Positions 18,732 through 27,498 of a DNA stretch of 64,000 bases are shown piece by piece; positions within the stretch are counted from its first letter, which is position 1; each line of letters starts with the position of its first letter. Position numbers and translations under genes: made by a program. Below the pieces are notes generated by a model that saw only the letters and a list, made by a program, of their open reading frames with translations, did no database searches and had not been told where the DNA came from. Location: the IMG/VR virus record IMGVR_UViG_3300030616_000016, positions 1 to 64,000 of that record; one strand, given 5' to 3'.

Positions 18732-21250
18732 TCATCTTCTCCTAGTTTATATTTTTCTAGGCCAATAACATCATTATATTTGTAGCCTATATATTTACCA
18801 TAGAATGAGATTCTGCCGTCAAAACCAATTTTAAGGATTGGTGTTCTAGTGTTAAAGTACTTTTGCAGAAATTCTTCTGTTCTCAAATCGAACTTGTCAA
18901 ATACATATGATGGAAGTGATACAAGATTTCTATGTATTTGTATATCTGTCTCCCTATCCTTTAATCCTGGTATAATGGTAACTTCTATGTCATTAGATAG
19001 AGTAATGGTATTGTGCTTCTTATAATTGGATTGTTTGATAAGCAAACAACCAATCTTTCTTATGTTGCTGTGACGAGTTTCGACTTCTGCATCATCATAG
19101 AGTTCATTATAATTTTCATTTGTGATTGTGGCAGCTAGATTTTCTAGACTGTCCTTCTTTATCATATCTTTCTCAAACAGTTCCTGTATGTTCTTGTTCT
19201 TATGTTCTGTCTCTTTATATACAGCCTCTAAAAGAGTTTTTACATCTTCTGGTGTGTTAATCACTTCTGTATTCTTAATTACTTCATATGTTCTAAAAAG
19301 AATATATGTGGAATAGACGAAGTGATCATTAAATCCAAATATTTTGCTAAGATCAGATTCTTTACATAGCTTATCTATATTATCATGCATGATGAGCACT
19401 TCAGGACATACAGCTATTCTTTCTCGTATGTGTCTCCATAGCCTACCAAGTCTTTGGATTAGCATATCTATTGGACATAGTTTTGTAATGAGAAAATCAA
19501 AGTCGATGTCAACACTTTGTTCTAGTACTTGTGTAGATACAAGGATACATCCTTCAGCGTCTCCATCTTTACCTAAGGCATCTAACCACTCCTTTTCTAT
19601 CTCTATTCTTTTCCACTCTGGATAGTTAGAATGCAAGATGCCTATCTTAATATCATCACTGGTTTTTGATTTAATGAGTTTGTATAGATGCTGACACTCT
19701 TTTACTGTGTTCATTATGCATCCTACTCTTTGACCTGCTCTAGCTCTATTAATGGCTATTTCTGCAGATTTGCAATAGTCCGTTTCTTGCATTGTAACTT
19801 TTATATTTTTGTTTACTCCCTGACTACGTACCTTAATGTTCTTAATCTTAGTGCTTTGCTTAATAGTAATAAGGGGATAATCGTGCTTATTTATATCATC
19901 AGATTCTAGAATTTGAGTGCGCATTTTATTTGTCAGTGTAGCAGATAGAATGATAACTGTGCAATCAATCTTGGATAGTAAATTTATGAGCCTGTGAATA
20001 AGTGTGTTGGTAAACACATCGTATGAATGGATCTCATCTAGAATTACAACCTTTCCAGCCAGTCCGGCTTTTCTCAATGTATTATATCTAACAGGTAGAA
20101 CACCAAGTAAAGATTGATCTATTGTACCAACAGCAAACTGACTAAGCAAAGCATAGTTTTTATAATCAAACCAGTTTTTACCTTCTATCTTAATAGAGCT
20201 ATCTGATACAGGGCTTTGTATATTATTCTCATACATCCATGCCTTACCATGAGCTAATTTTACGTAGTCTTTATTATTAGATATAGTTTTTATGAAAGGC
20301 TGAATTCTTTCATAGATCTTATTACTTGTGGTTCTCGTGGGTAATGCGAAATATATCCCGCTGGCTTCTTTCCTATCAAGCAATTTATATGCTGCATAAA
20401 GAGCCGCTTCAGTTTTGCCTAATCCAGTAGGCGCTTCTACAATGGAAATAGCATTTTTAGTTATATTATTTGACAGTTCATATTGAACGTCATAAGGTGA
20501 ATAACCAAAAATGTCTTTAAAGGATAGATTGGGCAAAATATCCAGCTGTTTCCATCCGCATAGCTGTAATGCTTTGCTTGCATCATTATTATTTATATCT
20601 TCGAATAAGCTATTGTTAGATGCTATATGATCTGATATAGATACAAATCCTGTAATGGTATCTATTATATCTATATCTATTATCTCAGACAGCGCTCTCT
20701 TTTCATCTGCAGTTAGATCAGCTAACTGATGTTCTATAAATAGCTTTCGTTGTTCTGACCACGTACTTGATCCATATCTTTCACTTTCATCATTGTCTGC
20801 TATATCATACTTAGTAGCTCCATGATGCTTATATGCAATAATGCTCAGAATGTTGGCAATAGATGCCTCAGCATATGTTCGTAAAGATGTGTTACCTATT
20901 TTAGCATGGTTATCTTCGAATGACATTCCAAATAGTTTACATAGATACATAAAGATAGGATCATTTCTTAATTCTTCTTGTGCCTCAGCTGGTAGATTGT
21001 TAAACATCTTTTTATCAAACCCTGGACTTATTTTACCAGTATCATGTGTTCTGGATCCGCATATAACTGGTAAACTATATTTATCAATCATAAAATCAGG
21101 CATGATATTGATAAGTTCTCTTGCAACATCTTCTACCTTTTTAGAATGTTGCAACACTGTCTCGCCAAAACCACCATCTTTTGTTTTTGCTGGACAGTCG
21201 AGCCATGGTATAGCAGGAATATCCACGACATTAGATTCTATTCTTGGCAT
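18728..21250 (-). CDS. cas3: Cas3 HD nuclease-helicase
   Basis: HDTGK, HHG, SDH, APTGLGKT, DEIH, SAT, QRLGRLWRH. Confidence 0.95.
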   Translation of the reverse strand: MPRIESNVVDIPAIPWLDCPAKTKDGGFGETVLQHSKKVEDVARELINIMPDFMIDKYSLPVICGSRTHDTGKISPGFDKKMFNNLPAEAQEELRNDPIFMYLCKLFGMSFEDNHAKIGNTSLRTYAEASIANILSIIAYKHHGATKYDIADNDESERYGSSTWSEQRKLFIEHQLADLTADEKRALSEIIDIDIIDTITGFVSISDHIASNNSLFEDINNNDASKALQLCGWKQLDILPNLSFKDIFGYSPYDVQYELSNNITKNAISIVEAPTGLGKTEAALYAAYKLLDRKEASGIYFALPTRTTSNKIYERIQPFIKTISNNKDYVKLAHGKAWMYENNIQSPVSDSSIKIEGKNWFDYKNYALLSQFAVGTIDQSLLGVLPVRYNTLRKAGLAGKVVILDEIHSYDVFTNTLIHRLINLLSKIDCTVIILSATLTNKMRTQILESDDINKHDYPLITIKQSTKIKNIKVRSQGVNKNIKVTMQETDYCKSAEIAINRARAGQRVGCIMNTVKECQHLYKLIKSKTSDDIKIGILHSNYPEWKRIEIEKEWLDALGKDGDAEGCILVSTQVLEQSVDIDFDFLITKLCPIDMLIQRLGRLWRHIRERIAVCPEVLIMHDNIDKLCKESDLSKIFGFNDHFVYSTYILFRTYEVIKNTEVINTPEDVKTLLEAVYKETEHKNKNIQELFEKDMIKKDSLENLAATITNENYNELYDDAEVETRHSNIRKIGCLLIKQSNYKKHNTITLSNDIEVTIIPGLKDRETDIQIHRNLVSLPSYVFDKFDLRTEEFLQKYFNTRTPILKIGFDGRISFYGKYIGYKYNDVIGLEKYKLGEDE

Positions 21251-21269
21251 TAGTCATAATCCTATTATA

Positions 21270-21968
21270 AATAAATCCCCACGTATGTGGGGCAAACAAT
21301 ATTCCTGAGTACAAATTCAGAAAAGATTTCGATTCATCCCCACTTATGTGGGGCAAACTTTGGGGTGGGTTAAAGTGTTGCGACGCTGATCGATTCATCC
21401 CCACGCGTGTGGGGTACACATGTTGACATGATCCGGCAGGACGGCACGCTGAGATTCATCCCCACGCGTGTGGGGTACACATGCAAAGCAAGAAGATGGT
21501 GCAGTCGAGGAGCGATTCATCCCCACGCGTGTGGGGTACACATGATATGCCATGGATTATCCCTGATTACCCTCGATTCATCCCCACGCACGTGGGGTAC
21601 ACTTCAGAGTCGCTATTGGATTTGAACCTGACACCGATTCATCCCCACGCACGTGGGGTACACGCATAACGGGAGATCGGACGCGAAGCGTAGAGCGATT
21701 CATCCCCACGCACGTGGGGTACACCAGTTTTTTGCCAATCAGGATGGAGCAGTTTGCGATTCATCCCCACGCACGTGGGGTACACATAACAAGGCAGCAG
21801 GCCATCAATGCCCAGTGCGATTCATCCCCACGCGTGTGGGGTACACATGTTGACATGATCCGGCAGGACGGCACGCTGAGATTCATCCCCACGCGTGTGG
21901 GGTACACATGATATCGCTTTTGCGAAGCTTCCAGTCCGGAGATTCATCCCCACGCGTGTGGGGTACAC
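21270..21968 (-). CRISPR. Type I-E CRISPR array 2: 12 repeats, 11 spacers
   Basis: Repeat GTGTACCCCACRYGCGTGGGGATGAATC (minus strand), 61-bp period. Confidence 0.97.
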
Positions 21969-22253
21969 GCCAAGATTTGGTGCCATGTGAATACATCAAC
22001 CACAATGTATTGTGGTTAAATCATGCTAAGAGGTTAACGGATTGTCTTATGTTTAGAACAATTTGGACTTGCTTATAAATGCCGCCATATTGTCAACATA
22101 AGTCTCAATCATTTCAAGCTCAGCCAAGGACATAGCTATAAGCTTGTCCTTGGTGATCTTTTTGATAATCGATTCCGCGATTTCTTCTTTCTTTACTTCT
22201 TCAGGTGTACTTGCTGAATCCATATTATATACCTAGAATAATTGTTGGTTGTA

Positions 22254-22505
22254 TTAAAAGCGCTTTTTAGCAATTCTGTCTTCGATATCAAGGAACAGTC
22301 TTTTGGTTACTTGGAATCCGCATACATAGTATGTGAAATCCGTAGGAATGAACTCTTCCCTAATTGGCTGGCCACATAGAACACAGTTCTCAGTAATAAT
22401 CTCTATTTGACGCCTATGATTTAAGCTTATAGGCAAATCGCTATCAATAAGGCTATAAATATCGAACGGCAAACTTGACATAGTTGAATAAACTTTCTCT
22501 TGCAT
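22254..22505 (-). CDS. Hypothetical protein
   Basis: SD AAGGAG. Confidence 0.5.
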   Translation of the reverse strand: MQEKVYSTMSSLPFDIYSLIDSDLPISLNHRRQIEIITENCVLCGQPIREEFIPTDFTYYVCGFQVTKRLFLDIEDRIAKKRF

Positions 22506-22558
22506 ATTCTAACTCCTTACAATAAGTGTTGTGATAAATAGTACGATCAAAACAGTAC

Positions 22559-22892
22559 GACTTTTCCCCACACATTGTGGGGCTAACTTACTCTGGGCAA
22601 TAATTCATAGTCCAGTTAGTGATTCATCCCCACATACGTGGGGTAAACGGAGGAGACCTGGATGGCGATATGTGTATGTTAGATTCATCCCCACGCATGT
22701 GGGGAAAACGCAATTTGTTTACGCTCGCCATCTTTATAAGCAGATTCATCCCCACATACGTGGGGCAAACTTGACGAAGAAAGATCCGTCAATTCAAACG
22801 CTCGATTCATCCCCACGCACGTGGGGTAAACGATTTTGCTCTTTGTGTCGCCTGCTCAACAAAAGATTCATCCCCACATACGTGGGGTACAC
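22559..22892 (-). CRISPR. Type I-E CRISPR array 3: 6 variable repeats, 5 spacers
   Basis: Same repeat family, 61-bp period. Confidence 0.95.
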
Positions 22893-22913
22893 CTACATAT
22901 TGTATAATAAAAA

Positions 22914-22966
22914 TACCCCTGACAGGAGTCGAACCTGCACGCCCGAAGGCACTAGATTCTAAGTCT
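22914..22966 (-). pseudogene. 3' half of an interrupted tRNA-Leu(TAG)
   Basis: AGACTTAGAATCTAG, variable arm, T arm, then CAGGGGTA; no adjoining 5' half. Confidence 0.85.
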
Positions 22967-23363
22967 TACGGCTAAGTTGTAATCTTCTACACCATTTACC
23001 GACGCACGATTTACCGCAGAATGGACCGTTCATTTTATCTTTCTGTCTGCGGCGTTCATCCTTTGCCATTACCTTTTTTGTATTACCACATTCAACGCAT
23101 ACTATGGTTGTCCATTCTATCTGCTTGCGATGATGATTTATATGTTCCGCTTTTGATTTAATTTCTAAGTTATATATACTATTATTCTGTTTGTTTCCAT
23201 CCTTGTGATGTACAAGTTCAGATGAGTCCAATTTTCTTCCAAGACTCTTCTCCATAACTTCTCGGTGCATCAACACAGTTGCTTTGCTGTCATCGCTGTA
23301 TTTTACTGTACACGCAAGATATCCTTCTAGGTTGAACCAATTAGATCGGTAAACTTCTTTCAT
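22959..23363 (-). CDS. HNH homing endonuclease
   Basis: MHR..., VHHKDGNKQNN..NL; SD GGAG before ATG 23363. Confidence 0.88.
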   Translation of the reverse strand: MKEVYRSNWFNLEGYLACTVKYSDDSKATVLMHREVMEKSLGRKLDSSELVHHKDGNKQNNSIYNLEIKSKAEHINHHRKQIEWTTIVCVECGNTKKVMAKDERRRQKDKMNGPFCGKSCVGKWCRRLQLSRKT

Positions 23364-23384
23364 CTTGATCTCCAAATATAATAA

Positions 23385-23466
23385 TGGGAGTAGAGGGACT
23401 CGAACCCTCACGCCTTGCGGCAACGGTTTCTAAGACCGTCCTGTCTGCCATTTCCAGCATACTCCC
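23385..23466 (-). tRNA. tRNA-Leu(TAG)
   Basis: ACGGT-CTTAGAA-ACCGT, long variable arm. Confidence 0.9.
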
Positions 23467-23468
23467 AA

Positions 23469-23496
23469 AGTATAATATATATCCTAAGAAAGTCAA
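23469..23496 (-). promoter_or_regulatory. sigma70-like promoter TTGACT-N16-TATACT
   Basis: Inside the inserted tRNA-HNH cassette, very close to the tRNA 5' end. Confidence 0.5.
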
Positions 23497-23509
23497 GTAA
23501 AGTGTTTGC

Positions 23510-23545
23510 CTAATCTAGCGTGTATGCCAGTTTCACCACAGGGGC
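23510..23545 (-). pseudogene. 5' half of the interrupted tRNA-Leu(TAG)
   Basis: GCCCCTG-TG-D arm-CTAGATTAG; acceptor strand pairs with the 22914 half. Confidence 0.85.
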
Positions 23546-23552
23546 ATAATAA

Positions 23553-23639
23553 TGGTAGCCAGGGAGGGAGTCGAACCCACACACCGCAATGGATATCCGG
23601 GCTTAAACCGGATGCGTCTGCCAGTTCCGCCACCTGGCC
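23553..23639 (-). tRNA. tRNA-Leu(TAA)
   Basis: TCCGG-TTTAAGC-CCGGA, CCA end. Confidence 0.9.
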
Positions 23640-23641
23640 AT

Positions 23642-24145
23642 TTATTCTTGATGTTTATGCTTCATCTTTTCTAGTGCAGTTTGTATGATATGATTAATTT
23701 CTACTTCAGATCCACAGAATGGACAGTTCGTTTTATCATGAATACTGCGAATAAAAATGCTTTGTGTTGGTATTTCATCTCTATCTACTTCTCTAAAGCT
23801 GTCATGTTCTAGTATAATAATAATTGCTTTATCACTGTAGTCTACTTCAATGCTCATGATTCGAGACTCGTTAATCTTTACATCTGGATAGTCTTCTATC
23901 ATATAGCAATAGCAGCTATTGTCCATCATACGAAGCAAGGATATAAAATCACAATCAACTTGTATAAATTTACCTGTTTGTGGTAATATAACATTTCTAT
24001 TCATAGTCGAATAAGGTATCCATCCAGATTCACTAGTAGAAGTAGTAGTATGGGTGCTATTATAAGTAAGACCATTCACGAGATTTACTAGTGAATCCAT
24101 ATTAAAACTATTGCTGGTTGAATCATCCGTTGACATGTATCTCAC
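23642..24145 (-). CDS. Hypothetical protein with C-terminal CPFCG
   Basis: ORF; resembles 6740..7048. Confidence 0.55.
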   Translation of the reverse strand: MRYMSTDDSTSNSFNMDSLVNLVNGLTYNSTHTTTSTSESGWIPYSTMNRNVILPQTGKFIQVDCDFISLLRMMDNSCYCYMIEDYPDVKINESRIMSIEVDYSDKAIIIILEHDSFREVDRDEIPTQSIFIRSIHDKTNCPFCGSEVEINHIIQTALEKMKHKHQE

Positions 24146-24425
24146 TCCATATTAAAAAGAATAAACCAGTTGCGGCGTGTGAAAGATGGCTTAGGCCTGA
24201 TTCTTCATCTAGTTTCTCACCCTTACGATATGCTAAAAGATGACGCAAAACGGCGGCATAATATCTATCATTCATGTTTTCTACATGCTTCCAGTTATCG
24301 TCGTCGTATTTCTTTGCGCCGAATGTAAGTACCTTTCCTACTTCTTCTATACATTCAGGTGGAATAAGATCCATGCGGATTTTATCGCCGTCAAACTTCA
24401 TACCATTAGTATCTGACATTCTCAT
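24123..24425 (-). CDS. dATP/dGTP diphosphohydrolase-like (DUF5664)
   Basis: KFDGDK.RMDLIP, GAKKY..NW, RH, D.ESGLSHL.HA. Confidence 0.8.
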   Translation of the reverse strand: MRMSDTNGMKFDGDKIRMDLIPPECIEEVGKVLTFGAKKYDDDNWKHVENMNDRYYAAVLRHLLAYRKGEKLDEESGLSHLSHAATGLFFLIWSEIHVNG

Positions 24426-24479
24426 TCTCCTATTGCTTACAATACACGCGCCAGCGAGGGCGCGATTCTAAATATTAAA

Positions 24480-24551
24480 AGCATGCGACTGGATTTGAAC
24501 CAGCGTATATGGAATTTGCAATCCCACGCCTAACCACTTGGCTACGCATGC
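24480..24551 (-). tRNA. tRNA-Cys(GCA)
   Basis: TGGGA-TTGCAAA-TTCCA. Confidence 0.9.
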
Positions 24552-24774
24552 ATTATAAATAAACTTCAAAGCCGTTGTCTTGATCAGACATTACTTTGCT
24601 CCCATAAGATATATTACTGATAGATTGAGAGTACCGGCGGCAAACCAGTATAATGAACAGCCCCAGTTTTTGTAATAAAGATATACAAAGCTGGCCACAA
24701 ATGATTCAATCATTATCAGCGTAGGTAGTATTCTAGATATTATACTCTCCATGAAGTTACCTTTCAAGTTAAAA

Positions 24775-24816
24775 ATGGAAGGTTGACTGTAGCTCTACCG
24801 ACTGAGCTACCCAAGC
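24775..24816 (-). pseudogene. Truncated tRNA 5' half
   Basis: GCTTGGG-TA-GCTCAGTCGGTAGAGC with no anticodon or T arm. Confidence 0.65.
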
Positions 24817-24826
24817 ATAAAAATCA

Positions 24827-25023
24827 CCTGATATATAGATACATTTTTCGAAGGAAATATCTCCTGGTGCAGGCGCCTTCCGGATTAAGATCACTCCTCT
24901 ACCGCCCATATGTATTTCTAGGTGTTGAGGGGGATCGGTATCCGGAAGGCGGTTATCATTTATGCGATGAATACACCGCACTATTCTTTTTACATTCAAA
25001 AGAATAAAACTCTATATACCAGG
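24827..25023 (-). ncRNA. Unknown structured RNA family, copy 1
   Basis: Closing stem, long hairpin with loop GAAAUACAUAU (24908-24918), 7-bp tetraloop hairpin. Confidence 0.75.
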
Positions 25024-25030
25024 CTTATTT

Positions 25031-25105
25031 TGGAGCGCCATGTGGGAATCAAACCCACTCCTTCAGGTTGGAGGCCTGACATGCGATCATTAACACCTAT
25101 GGCGC
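25031..25105 (-). tRNA. tRNA-Gly(TCC)
   Basis: TCAGG-CCTCCAA-CCTGA, CCA. Confidence 0.85.
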
Positions 25106-25114
25106 GTTATATTA

Positions 25115-25393
25115 TTACAATTCAATTGAACATGTTATTGCATCCACACGCATTATCATACTAGACAATCTATTGTTGCATACCCTAATATTATCTGCTA
25201 AAGGAACCAATTCTTGTTCTTTTTCTGCATTTATTGTGTCTGTATTTTTGGTACTAAGAATTGGTATAAGACGATCTTGTAATGCACTTAGTTTTCCATT
25301 TAGTAGATCAATATTTTGTTCTAATGACTCTATTTGTGTATAAACTTGGGGGTTCTTTTGCTGGTACTGCTTTTTTATCAGCCTCGCTATCAT
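25115..25393 (-). CDS. Coiled-coil hypothetical protein
   Basis: ORF between tRNAs. Confidence 0.5.
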   Translation of the reverse strand: MIARLIKKQYQQKNPQVYTQIESLEQNIDLLNGKLSALQDRLIPILSTKNTDTINAEKEQELVPLADNIRVCNNRLSSMIMRVDAITCSIEL

Positions 25394-25473
25394 ATCTTTC
25401 TGCCATTGTTATTTTCCTTAAAAAGGGTTTAAGTATAAAAAGCCCGTGCTGCCACGGATTATAAATTAAATAG

Positions 25474-25545
25474 AGCGCCTAGCGGGGCTCGAACCCGCAG
25501 CATCAACCTCGGCAAGGTTGCACTCTACCATTGAGTTATAGGCGC
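25474..25545 (-). tRNA. tRNA-Gly(GCC)
   Basis: CAACC-TTGCCGA-GGTTG. Confidence 0.9.
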
Positions 25546-25554
25546 TTTGTTTAT

Positions 25555-25630
25555 TGGTACTCCTGCGAGGACTCGAACCCCGAGAGCCAGATTAGAAATC
25601 TGGTGCTTTGTCCAGTTAAGCAACAGGAGC
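25555..25630 (-). tRNA. tRNA-Arg(TCT)
   Basis: CCAGA-TTTCTAA-TCTGG, CCA. Confidence 0.9.
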
Positions 25631-25631
25631 T

Positions 25632-26234
25632 CTAGTCTTCATCAAGTTCAACATCCCAATAAGCATCAGAAACAAACTTCTGCCATGACACTTTTCTCTT
25701 AAATATAGGTATTTTAAGAGCAGTCATGCCATGAGGCTCAATTGGTTTCTTTCTTAGCTTCATACCAGATTCTGCAGGAGTTCTATTGCCCTTATTGTTG
25801 TTACATTTAACACAGGCAATAACACAGTTCTTCCAGGTAGTTTTACCACCCTGTGCTTTAGGGATGATATGATCAATTGTGGCGTCTGAAGTTTGTAGCT
25901 GAACACCGCAGTATTGACATGAACAGCTATCACGTTTAAATAGATTGCGGCGTGACAGCTTCAACCGATGTGTAGGCATCTTGCCATAGCTAATCAGACG
26001 TATTACTTCAGGCACCTTTACTTCTAGTCTAACAGTTTTTATAAACTGTTCTCCTTCAACGACTTTCAAATCGGCCCATTCCTCAAAATTATATATAGAA
26101 TAGTCATCTGGTAGTATGGCTTGTGCACGGTCTTTAGCCATTAATTCAATGGCATGACGTACAGATGCAAATCCGATTGGCGTCCAGTTTTTGTTTAGTA
26201 CAAGCGTTGGTTCCTGAAGTACCACATTAATCAC
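25632..26234 (-). CDS. HNH endonuclease (McrA-like)
   Basis: LVLN..., RD..CQYCG, TIDHIIP..GG..W.N...C..CN. Confidence 0.9.
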   Translation of the reverse strand: MINVVLQEPTLVLNKNWTPIGFASVRHAIELMAKDRAQAILPDDYSIYNFEEWADLKVVEGEQFIKTVRLEVKVPEVIRLISYGKMPTHRLKLSRRNLFKRDSCSCQYCGVQLQTSDATIDHIIPKAQGGKTTWKNCVIACVKCNNNKGNRTPAESGMKLRKKPIEPHGMTALKIPIFKRKVSWQKFVSDAYWDVELDED

Positions 26235-26253
26235 CTCCTAATTGTGGTATAAA

Positions 26254-26328
26254 TGGCACCCCTGCAAGGATTTAAACCTTGATTAATAGGTCCGTAACCT
26301 ATCGTGTTATTCGTTACACTACAGGAGC
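26254..26328 (-). tRNA. tRNA-Arg(ACG)
   Basis: ATAGG-TTACGGA-CCTAT, CCA. Confidence 0.85.
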
Positions 26329-26348
26329 ATTATTAAATAATGGAATAA

Positions 26349-26425
26349 TGGTGGGCTGACTAGGACTTGAACCTAGGACCCGCTGATTATGAGTCAGCTG
26401 CTCTGACCAACTGAGCTACCAGCCC
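26349..26425 (-). tRNA. tRNA-Ile2/Met(CAT)
   Basis: GCTGA-CTCATAA-TCAGC; GGGC acceptor start is Ile2-like. Confidence 0.85.
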
Positions 26426-26427
26426 AA

Positions 26428-26498
26428 ATAGGGTCGTAGGTGGTTACGACTCCGCCAGGCGCCCCTGACTTCTTAGCCGAGTTAACCTCGTGCCCTAT
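26428..26498 (-). ncRNA. Small GC-rich four-way-junction RNA, unknown class
   Basis: ATAGGG/CCCTAT closes three hairpins; lies between two tRNAs. Confidence 0.55.
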
Positions 26499-26507
26499 AT
26501 ATATATT

Positions 26508-26583
26508 TGGTAGCGGGGCCGGGACTCGAACCCGACTTGGCGGATTATGGGGCCACCCAGACCACCTGGCCTTGCCCCCCGCG
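26508..26583 (-). tRNA. Atypical initiator-like tRNA-Met(CAT)
   Basis: CGCGGGG/CCCCGCT with 1:72 mismatch; loop CCCATAA; CCA. Confidence 0.7.
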
Positions 26584-26591
26584 ATATGTCT

Positions 26592-26668
26592 TGGTACACC
26601 CGAGAGGGCTTGAACCTCCATGACCCCTGATTAAAAGTCAGGTGCTTAGCCATTTAAGCTACGGGTGC
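26592..26668 (-). tRNA. tRNA-Lys(TTT)
   Basis: CCTGA-CTTTTAA-TCAGG, CCA. Confidence 0.9.
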
Positions 26669-26868
26669 TCTATAATTTCTTTTATGTTAGTTATGCTCTC
26701 ACGTGCATCTATAAAATTCTCATGCTCCCATTCTATGTCCACGCTGACATAATCAATCATTTTTCTTTTAGCATCTTCTATTGAGTCAGCCTCTATTACT
26801 TTTGTGCTTTCCATGATTTCTTCTCTTCTCATTGTAATTGCATATTTAGGCATTCTATTCCCTTTCAA
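26659..26868 (-). CDS. Hypothetical protein
   Basis: ORF between tRNAs, end overlaps tRNA-Lys 5' end. Confidence 0.5.
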   Translation of the reverse strand: MKGNRMPKYAITMRREEIMESTKVIEADSIEDAKRKMIDYVSVDIEWEHENFIDARESITNIKEIIEHP

Positions 26869-26872
26869 ATAT

Positions 26873-26949
26873 TGGTGCTACTGGTAGGAGTTGAACCTAC
26901 TACCTCTTCGTTATCAGCGAAGCGCTCTGACCAAATGAGCTACAGTAGC
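26873..26949 (-). tRNA. tRNA-Ile(GAT)
   Basis: CTTCG-CTGATAA-CGAAG, CCA. Confidence 0.9.
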
Positions 26950-26956
26950 ATGATAA

Positions 26957-27032
26957 TGGGGTGTCCGACTGGGTTCGAACCAGCAATTACTTGGGCCACA
27001 ACCAAGCGGCTTACCAGTTAGCCTACGGACAC
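26957..27032 (-). tRNA. tRNA-His(GTG)
   Basis: CTTGG-TTGTGGC-CCAAG, C discriminator, CCA. Confidence 0.9.
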
Positions 27033-27041
27033 AAAATATTT

Positions 27042-27446
27042 TCATTCAAATATGACTACTATATCATATTTGAATAGCTGTTTGTTTAGTTCTTTTAGAC
27101 ATGGCAACGGTCCCATGTCCTTAAATACTTCATTTGCAATACGTGTTGTAAGTTCGTTTGCTTTTTCTAAGGACATTGCTTCTGACCAGCCGCCCATGTC
27201 TCCATCATCAATAGTATTTATACGTATTCTTGTGTGGTATACATCGCCCGGCATCATTCGAGTTGTCTCAATAACTACGCAAAGCATACCTACGTTATAG
27301 TCACAAAGTTCTATATTGCCAGTAGGACACATCTTTGTATAACAAAGCTTGTCTGAATAACAAAACTCTTTCATGGGTTTTGTAATTTTCTTGATCTTTT
27401 CAAAGTCATTATACATGGTTGTTGTATGGTCTTTATGATTATTCAT
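27042..27446 (-). CDS. Hypothetical protein
   Basis: ORF with SD GGGGA. Confidence 0.55.
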   Translation of the reverse strand: MNNHKDHTTTMYNDFEKIKKITKPMKEFCYSDKLCYTKMCPTGNIELCDYNVGMLCVVIETTRMMPGDVYHTRIRINTIDDGDMGGWSEAMSLEKANELTTRIANEVFKDMGPLPCLKELNKQLFKYDIVVIFE

Positions 27447-27498
27447 TATGTCTATTCCCCATCAGGATTATTATTATTACAGTAAGTACAACAAAACC

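Noticed and set aside
21603-21635. Spacer containing GGATTTGAACC, suggesting tRNA or self targeting
   Set aside because: Only the short T-loop-like core matches; flanks match no tRNA in the window
22966-23510. Group I intron in the tRNA-Leu anticodon
   Set aside because: The insert is filled by a promoter, a whole tRNA and an HNH ORF; no P/Q/R/S core seen
24769-24999. 76-aa ORF
   Set aside because: Coincides with structured RNA copy 1 and a tRNA remnant; no SD or protein motif
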